Source: Eledone cirrhosa (taxonomy: Eukaryota). Taken from it: a stretch of DNA of 64,000 nt. Shown here piece after piece: positions 54,784 to 64,000 of the stretch (positions within the stretch are counted from its first letter, which is position 1; every line of letters begins with the position of its first letter). Position numbers and translations under genes: made by a program. The stretch lies in the NCBI GenBank assembly GCA_964016885.1, contig OZ024753.1, forward strand, positions 27,032,001 through 27,096,000, in the 5' to 3' direction. Below the pieces are notes generated by a model. That model was not told the origin of the DNA. It saw only the letters and a list, made by a program, of their open reading frames with translations, and searched no databases.

Positions 54784-57700
54784 AGATGTGACTTTGGACT
54801 TGGTCACTAATAGTTTTAAACCCTTCCATAAGCCTAATGAAATACTTTCTTATGTTAGTCCCAATTCTAACCACCCCAAATCTATGATAAGCTCTATAAT
54901 TAAGGGTGTATCTAATAGGATTTCCACACTCTCTAAGGACGTAGGAACATTTAATGAACATGCGGAGTACTATAATAATGCCCTAGCTAATTCCGGTTAC
55001 TCTAGTAAAATACATTATAATAATAGTAACCTTAGAAAGTCTCCGCTTACTTATAATAATAATAACATAATATCACATAACATGGCCATGAATGGGAGTA
55101 GGAAGCATAATAACCGTAAAAATTACATAGGTGTATCTGAACCCATCCATAAGTTAACCCACGGGACTCGTAATAGGGAATATAATACCTCTAGGAAGCA
55201 AGTCGAACCCTCTGAGTGCTCACTCATTGGTGATAATTTTGCTAGATCTAATTCTAATAATGTTGTTTCTACTGATCCTATTATTGGCCCTAATCCTTTT
55301 GATGGGATTCCAGACGGCAGCAGATCTACTGGAGGTAGAAACAGTAAAGACTTAATGGAATTTTGGCTGATTCTAATAATGCGGTTTTAACTAATCCTTG
55401 TAGTAACCCTAGTCTTAATAATGGGATATTAGATAATGGTAGAGTCGGTAAGTATAAAAATAGAAGGAGACTAAATACTTATTTTAACCCGCCATATAAT
55501 CAGGAAGTATTAACTAATATCCCTAGGTCTTTCTTTTCTATCTTAGAGAAAAATTTCCCCGCTTCTCATAAATACCATAGTATTTTTAATAAAAATGTTA
55601 TTAAACTTTCATTCTCTACCACCCCTAATATTAGTTCTCATTTAGCTAGCACTAACAATAGGAAAATTAGGGATGGATTCTCCTCTCTACATACTACTAG
55701 TCTGAACAGATCTGGAAATGCCTTATCACCAGAGCAGACCTTATCTAATAGTAATCCTACGTGTAATGCATCACTACTTCAGCCAACCTATAGCACCCGG
55801 AAGTGTAACTGAAGAGTGAGTGCTAACTGCCCTTTAAACGGTAACTGCCTCTCTAAGAACATCGTCTATGCTTGCGTAGTTATAACTAATTCCTCTAATA
55901 GAACCTATATAGGCTCTACATCTAACACTTTTAAGACTAGGTTTAATTCTCATATCTCTAATTTCAAACATGTTAAGTTTAAGAATTCTTAAGCACACTA
56001 TATCTGGGATCTTAAGGGGGCTAATATACTATATAGCCTTAATTGGCGTTTAGTAGCACGCTCTAATAACCTTTCTACACATACTAAATTTTGTAATCTC
56101 TGTATCCTCGAGACACACTCTATAATTTTCTCTAGTGAATCCTTACTAAATAGAAAGTCTGAGATATTCTCTTCTTGCCCCCACGCTATTTCTAATTCTT
56201 ACTTTTATTATAAACCTAAAGGTTCTAGTAGTATAAATTATATCCATTAGCTGATATATTCCATTACTTATTTTTTTAGTTTAGGTTCTTTTTGTTTACC
56301 ACCATTATTATCATCATTATTATCATTGGTTTTTGACAACTCTTTATTCTAGCTCTCATAATCTTTTGGCTACTATACCATATCTATCTTCTTACGCATT
56401 AAATTTTCACTATTAACACCTTATGAGTATATATCTCATTATATATTTTACATTATTTTATTTTATTTCATTTTATTTTATTTTATTTGGATTCTCCTTT
56501 GGGTAACCCCCCTCCCCCATGCACACATAAACTTATTGTCAACCCCTTCAAATATATTATGATTATATTTAATCCCCCCCCCCTCTTTTACGCTCCTTTC
56601 TATTATTTAATATAGTATATTGACTATGATTTTATGCTCCTTTGTATCCTTCATACATTTCTTTTTTTCTGTCCCTATTAGCCTACCATAATTCTGCTTA
56701 AGTCAGTTTTTTAGATATCTTTATGTAAATGATAGTAGAAAATTTCATTCCTTTATATATATATTTGTAGTGAAATATTAACGTTTATAAATTTGGATTA
56801 CTTAAACCATAGCTAATATTGTATTGCCTTATTAGATATTTTAAATATTTTTAATATTAATTTATCAAATAGGGTTTTCGAGTCATTTACCTGGGTTGTT
56901 TCCTAAGTTTTTACTTAACTGCATGTGAGACCTAAGTATATACTTTTGTTTTTGTTTTTTAATTTCGGTTGATTTTATTTATTTATTTATTAATACTACT
57001 GTGCATTCTATTTTCTGTCTGGCCCTTACTCACTCATCCACATATATGTCTGTTTACCAACCTTGTAATTATAAGTAATTATATATTATATTATGTTTAT
57101 TATTTTATTTTATATTGTAGTTGTTATTGTACTATTGATCCTTATTACTTACCGTTGATTATATGTACCATTATGATATGTTAAATTTTATATATCATGT
57201 AAGATGTTTATATTTTTGTACCATTATAATTTTGGGTATTGTACAATTTATATTTTTTTCTCACCTACTCTGTAACTCTATATGAATTGATTTGTTAACT
57301 TACATGCCATTATATATTATATATTATATATGTTATTATATTATTATTATAGTATTATTGTGACATCTATATTGTTTGTGTAAATTAACCGGAGATTATC
57401 TATTATATTATATTATATGGTATATAATTATATAGTTTATTATATATTATATGTGTTACTTTTAATCATTTTATTACTTCATGTATATTAGATATATGTA
57501 TTATTATTATTATTATTATTTTTATTCCTATCATGCTTATTTATATTTAAACTCTTAATAAGGTTTAATTTGTGCTGTTAAAGATGGATATGTGTATTGA
57601 TGTATGTATATATGTGCGTACGTGTGCGTACATATATACATATGTATATTGTGCCTTTTAATTTTTATTGTAATTTTAATATTGTTACAAGTATATTATA

Positions 57701-58019
57701 TTATATTATATAGTATTATATATAATTCCCGCTCTATATAACCACCTTTGTTTAGCTCTAGGTTTTTTTTGCTTTGGACTATATTTGTAACATGGTTCTA
57801 AATGTTATACACCTCCATAGTGATTTATATTATATATTTTTACCCATAATCTTGCAATACTTTAGTGTATGTACACTCCATATTCTTCGGAGTTTTCGGC
57901 TTGTATTGGCCGATAATACTTCTTGTTGTTTTAATTGCCCTGATGAGTCCTTAATAGGACGAAACATTGTTGGCTAATAAAGACTTTTGATGTATTAAAG
58001 GCTTCTTTGTTTTATTTTC

Positions 58020-58020
<1 letters not shown>
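54784..58020 (+). mobile_element. 5'-truncated, decayed Penelope-like element (RT thumb, CxCx5Cx5C linker, GIY-YIG, long AT-rich 3' UTR)
   Basis: DVTLDL..FKPFHKPN..SNHP; YFNPPYN; KCN*RVSANCPLNGNCLSKNIVY...TYIGST; CNLC..E..LLNRKSE..CPH; ends in a hammerhead, then (TA)n. Confidence 0.85.
57934..57978 (+). ncRNA. Canonical minimal type I hammerhead ribozyme
   Basis: gcc CUGAUGA gucc-uuaaua-ggac GAAA cauug UU ggc; intact core, all stems pair. Confidence 0.85.
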
Positions 58021-58081
<61 letters not shown>

Positions 58082-58084
<3 letters not shown>

Positions 58085-59751
58085 CGTTTCTGAATTTGTT
58101 TAGCAAGATTCTTTATCTGAAAACGTGTGTTGAAACCGATATTGTTATACTTTGGGAGGGTCATGTTGCCAATAAGAAACACACGCACCAGTTGCTTTCA
58201 CTTCAATTTATTATAATAAATTTATAAATTTAGGAATTTATAAATTTCCGGTTGATTGGTTCCACAACCAGATGGTTGTTTATATATTGTCAAAATTCTT
58301 TCGTCACACATTCTGTGACCTCTTCTGTAACTGGGGATTTTTTCTTTCTTTTTGTGCCTCTCCTTTGTTCTGTCCTACGCCATCTTGTTTCTGTGTGTGT
58401 GTTGTGTGCTCAGTCTGCGCATGCGCCACATCCGGGTGTCTGTGTGTGTTTATATTCGTTTATTTATTTGTTTATTTACATGTTACTGGTTGGTTGTTTG
58501 TTCTATGTGCGTGTGTGTTTTCAAATTGTAAGTTGTGATGTTGCTGTTCCACTCATGTTTTCTATTTAATTTTGGTTGTAATTCTTTTATGTTTATTGCC
58601 TCTGTGATTTGTCTAAACATTGCGTCTTTTCTGTGTGTAGATTCTATTTTTATTTCTATGTTCTCTAATTTACCCTTATGTTCTATTTTAGCATGTTGGT
58701 AGAGTACAGATGATTCTTTACTATCTTGAAGGTCTCGCCAGTGTTCATTTATCCGTTCCCCTACACTACGAGCTGTCTCACCTATGTACACTATATTTTT
58801 ATCTCTACATTGTCCTTCAGTACATCTTATGCTATATACTACATTTCTAGTTTTACAGTTAATATGGGGGCTTAATTTACAGGTTATACATTTCTTATCT
58901 ATACAGGGGGGTCTTTGAAAAGGGTATGTCTTGCTAATAAGTGTTTTTATGGAGGTACCTGGTCTTTCTACTATCTTAATATTGAGTTTATGTTTATCTA
59001 GGGCCCTTCTAAATTTGTAAGCTAATTCACCTCTAGGGGATGTATCGATGAACATTACACACTGGTATTTATTGCTATCATACCATGAGTTTATTCTATT
59101 AGCCTTATTCCTAGTTCTTTCTATTCTATTCCAAAATGTGCTCCTATACAAGGGGCAGGTCCCATTTGTGTTATTATTTACCATTTTTTTCCCATTTGGT
59201 TCTGGCTCCTCTATACACTCTGATTGTAACCAGAGAACTGCATACGGTGGATGAAGTGTTGTATGTGTCTCTCTAGTTCTTCGGGGTTGCACATGCGGGA
59301 CACGTTTCTCATCACCCGTACCAAATCCGCAATCAGTATGTTGATTTTGGTATGGTCCGAAACAGCTGAGTTTCGGTGGATCAGATATTTGGAAGTAATG
59401 GGTTTGGCATAATGGGAATGGAGGATTTGTTTTTTGTTATTAATGGTATCTAACCAGAGCTCTGTGTCTAGTACAGGTAATCGATGGTTGGGGTGTTTGC
59501 TTGGGTAGTCTATAGTAACTCTAATACCCTGGTGGATGGAGTTAGCTATTTGCTGGATGCTTTCCATTGTGTTTTTCTCTAATTCCTGACTGTTCTCTAG
59601 TGGGGGTGTTTTAACTACGATATTTATATCATCAACGTAGCGGGAGTACATTATCAGGGTTAAGGGGTCTTCTAATTGTTCTTTAAGTTTAAGTCTACTG
59701 TCCCACCATACCATGAATAAGTTAGCTATGCTAACACCAATGGCTGCTCCC
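58082..59751 (-). mobile_element. Penelope-like element, 5'-truncated (left arm of palindrome)
   Basis: GAAIGVSIANLFM, RYVDD, LPVLD, HYAKP; PCIDKKCITC, VVY...YIGETAR GIY-YIG; pLTR with hammerhead. Confidence 0.9.
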
Positions 59752-61237
59752 ACTAGAGAACAGTAAGGAATTAGAGAAAAACACAATGGAAAGCATCCAG
59801 CAAATAGCTAACGCCATCCACCAGAGTATTAGAGTTACTATAGACTACCCAAGCAAACACCCCAACCATCGATTACCTGTACTAGACACAGAGCTCTGGT
59901 TAGATACCATTAAAAACAAAAAACAAATCCTCCATTCCCATTATGCCAAACCCATGACTTCCAAATATCTGATCCACCGAAACTCAGCTGTTTCGGACCA
60001 TACCAAAATCAACATACTGATTGCGGATTTGGTACGGGTGATGAGAAACGTGTCCCGCATGTGCAACCCCGAAGAACTAGAGAGACACATACAACACTTC
60101 ATCCACCGTATGCAGTTCTCTGGTTACAATCAGAGTGTATAGAGGAGCCAGAACCAAATGGGAAAAAAATGGTAAATAATAACACAAATGGGACCTGCCC
60201 CTTGTATAGGAGCACATTTTGGAATAGAATAGAAAGAACTAGGAATAAGGCTAATAGAATAAACTCATGGTATGATAGCAATAAATACCAGTGTGTAATG
60301 TTCATCGATACATCCCCTAGAGGTGAATTAGCTTACAAATTTAGAAGGGCCCTAGATAAACATAAACTCAATATTAAGATAGTAGAAAACCAGGTACCTC
60401 CATAAAAACACTTATTAGCAAGACATACCCTTTTCAAAGACCCCCCTGTATAGATAAGAAATGTATAACCTGTAAATTAAGCCCCCATATTAACTGTAAA
60501 ACTAGAAATGTAGTATATAGCATAAGATGTACTGAAGGACAATGTAGAGATAAAAATATAGTGTACATAGGTGAGACAGCTCGTAGTGTAGGGGAACGGA
60601 TAAATGAACACTGGCGAGACCTTCAAGATAGTAAAGAATCATCTGTACTCTACCAACATGCTAAAATAGAACATAAGGGTAAATTAGAGAACATAGAAAT
60701 AAAAATAGAATCTACACACAGAAAAGACGCAATGTTTAGACAAATCACAGAGGCAATAAACATAAAAGAATTACAACCAAAATTAAATAGAAAACATGAG
60801 TGGAACAGCAACATCACAACTTACAATTAAGGACAAAATGAAAACACACGCGCATATAGAACAAACAACCAACCAGTAACATGTAAATAAACAAATAAAT
60901 AAACGAATTTATATTCGTTTATTTATTTGTTTATTTACACACAGACACCCGGATGTGGCGCATGCGCAGACTGAGCACACAACACACACACACACAGAAA
61001 CAAGATGGCGTAGGACAGAACAAAGGAGAGGCACAAAAACAAAGAAAAGAAACCCCAGTTACTGAAGAGGTCATAGAATGTGTGACGAAAGAACTTTGAC
61101 AATATATAAACAACCATCTGGTTGTGGAACCAACCAACCAGCCGGAAATTTATAAATTTATTATAATAAATTGAAGTGAAATCAGCTGGTGCATGTGTTT
61201 CTTATTGGCAACATGACCCTCCCAAAGTATAACAATA
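59749..61237 (+). mobile_element. Penelope-like element, inverted copy (right arm)
   Basis: Near-identical reverse complement of 58140-59604, sharing the SGYNQSV* frameshift. Confidence 0.9.
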
Positions 61238-61612
61238 TATATATATATGTATATAGGGAGAGAGAGTTACATGCATATAGATAGTGGACAGGGAGGCATG
61301 GTAATAAAAAGTTGTAAAAATAGACTAAAAGCAGAAAATGAACAAGCAAAAAAAAACATAAGAAGAAAACAACAACAACATCAACAATAAGAGCAGCAAC
61401 AACAACCCATTTTACAATGAAACAAGGCTAGAAATATGTTTATGATAAATAAATAATACTCTAATAGTACCTCCAATGAGAATACATTTTAAAGGTGTAA
61501 ATTTTATCTTAACGACAAATACGAAGAAGTTATTTGATCTAAAAAAGTCGTTTGGTGACAGTTTTACAACCTTCTCATCACATTTACCATTTCCTCTTCC
61601 CACCCCTCTATC

Positions 61613-61647
<35 letters not shown>

Positions 61648-62049
61648 TTTCTCTCTCTTGTTTTCTATTTAAGCTGCTTTGATCCGATCCTTTTTCAATT
61701 TATTGCTTTCAAACGTGTTTTCAATGTGCTGTTGCTGCTGTTACTGTTGTTGTTGCTACTATTGTTGTTCTTCTGATCATCGTCTTTGTTTAGCCTAAAA
61801 TTAGTCTTGATTTAGCAAAGCTATAATCAAAGCCGTTCCAGCCATAACCATCCTGTCTTATATTATTTTCTTGTTTGACAATGTTTCACAATTTAATGCA
61901 TGTTTTTCTTTTTCTTTTCTTTTTTTTTCAAATAGGTTAGTGAGTTTACAGTTACAATACATTGAATTTATTTATTTTACTACCCCACCCTTACTTTTCA
62001 CCCTGCTGTGGGTACGCAGCTATTGTCTTCTGATCAGCCACTACACCAA

Positions 62050-62722
62050 TACTCAGTAAACACACACTTTCTCTCTCTCTCCAACAATTGTTGATAACAT
62101 CCTAAGCTAGACTACTCATAAAAATAACAAAGTTGACATGTACCACAGGATGTGTTCCTGGATTCTCAGACCTTTCCAGCCGAGAGATATCCAAACCATT
62201 ATCCAAACAAAGTATTGAGAAAATTGAAGCACCTCAAAGGTCAATCACATAAAATAAAAATAAAATAAAAATATACAGCATGACAGGCCTTGACTATTGG
62301 GGTCGACTAGAAAAGCTCAAACTCTACTCTCTCCAACGCCGCTATGAGCGTTACATTATCAGCATGATGTGGAAAATATTCCATAAGTATTGCCTAAATG
62401 GTGTTGGCATCATCTTTAAAATACACCTAAAGCTTGGGCCCCGTGCTTATCAGCCCACAAACTCGTATTTCATAACAACGTTGCGGCACAATTATTTCAC
62501 GTCAACTGGTTCCGCTCTCTTTAACATTACACCAAAACAAATGAAAACAGAAACAGAATCCCCAAAATTACAGATAACCTCCTACACCCGAATATGTCTA
62601 CGAAAACAATAACTCTCAACTTGAGTGGCCATTATGTCCAAATCATGATTTGAAAAACTTCGCCAGGTGGTGCTAATAAGTTAGACATAGCCTGGGCCAA
62701 TACTGACCGAAACCTATGAAGG
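62050..62722 (+). mobile_element. CR1/L2-like LINE 3' remnant
   Basis: LDYWGRLEKLKLYSLQRRYERY..WKI; tail gcctgggccaatactg..gaaaccta also at ~4345-4380. Confidence 0.65.
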
Positions 62723-62724
62723 TT

Positions 62725-62755
<31 letters not shown>

Positions 62756-62911
62756 GAGAGAGTAATAGATATGAGTGCATGCGACCAAATCTATACTTGC
62801 ACACAAACAAGCACTCGCAAAAGTATATACATAAACACACACCTACGTACGCAAGCACACATACATACACATATGTATGTTTGTCTGTATATATATATGC
62901 ACACACACATA

Positions 62912-62953
<42 letters not shown>

Positions 62954-63301
62954 CACACTTATATATATATATATATATATATACTCATATATATATACAC
63001 ACACACATATATATACATATATATATATACATATACACTCAGACACACGCACCACCACCACTACCAACGCTACCACCACCATCATCAAGCCACATTAAGA
63101 ACTCCTCTCCCCCTACTATGTTGCTATGTCTGTCGACCAGGTGTTGATAGCTTAACCCCAGATGATTACTACCATAGATCCAACAAACCCGAATACTTCC
63201 GCTTATTGAATGCAAAAGGTTCATGAGTTCAGTCGCGCACCGAAGATCAATACTTACCATTTTGAGTGTGTATGTGTCTAGGTGTGAGTGTATGTGTGTA
63301 G

Positions 63302-63344
<43 letters not shown>

Positions 63345-63459
63345 AAGGGTATTGGGTATTATACTTTCTTTGCCACGGGCAGAAAATGACGAACCTCGGC
63401 CTGGTCATGTTTATATATATATGTATCTCTCTCTCTCTATATATATATATATATACATA

Positions 63460-63610
63460 TTTAATATAGAAATGGCTTCTACAGGACTAGAACTGTTTCA
63501 TTGGAAGGAAATCATCTGGAAAGCTTTGTAGAAGCCATTTTTATATTAAATATTTATACTCTGTTATATATTGAGTATCTTACTTACTGTGGTTACCCCC
63601 GATTGAACCC

Positions 63611-63615
<5 letters not shown>
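63460..63615. mobile_element. Fold-back mini-element, family C
   Basis: Arms tttaatatagaaatggcttctaca / tgtagaagccatttttatattaaa; the loop carries CAGAUGA..GAAA cagu UC on the minus strand. Confidence 0.6.
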
Positions 63616-63663
<48 letters not shown>

Positions 63664-64000
63664 CAAGGAAACAACAAACAGAGGTACAACAAATCTTATT
63701 AGTTTCACGTTTTATATGGAAAAGGGGAAAGAATGTTCGACGTGTCAGGCTTTAGCCCTTCTTCAGGAGTACATATATATATATATACATATAAAAATGA
63801 GAAAACTCATCTCTAGAACAGCCGTTAAAATAGCTAAATGCTGTCTTTGCTGATAGGACAGAGACCAGCGGACAGTGATCAATAGAGAGACAATCCGCAA
63901 AATGAGTGACAGGCAGATGAAATGTGCATGCGCGACCTTACTTTTCGGGGTCCAATTATGGCCACCACTGTAATGTGGATGAACTGTTTCAAAACTGGCC

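Overview
Eukaryotic, AT-rich, microsatellite-saturated non-coding DNA. The SINE and microsatellite make-up suggests an invertebrate, possibly an octopus-type cephalopod (inference). No host protein-coding exon can be supported; most ORF-track entries are (TA)n/(CA)n/(CAC)n artefacts. Recognisable content: (1) an internally deleted Helitron with intact termini (15425-18935, -); (2) a head-to-tail array of three L1/Tx1-type non-LTR retrotransposons separated by (GACA/GATA)n (32936-46321, -), plus 3' ends of a related family in (ATT)n; (3) Penelope-like elements (PLEs): a decayed copy with a CxCx5Cx5C linker ending in a minimal hammerhead ribozyme (54784-58020), a 3.15-kb inverted pair (58082-61237) and a terminal-repeat-only derivative (52663-53170); (4) RTE and CR1-like LINE fragments, one with a twin-priming inversion; (5) tRNA-derived SINEs, MITEs, a 32-bp satellite and a ~640-bp tandem repeat. 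The most striking signal is a population of short, non-coding elements embedded in (TA)n tracts. Many carry a type I hammerhead motif (CUGANGA-stem II-GAAA-palindromic stem III-UH) and are arranged as fold-back palindromes. Several fold back exactly in hammerhead stem II, and two have unusually long (75-100 nt) stem II. All structures were folded by eye and need computational and biochemical confirmation.
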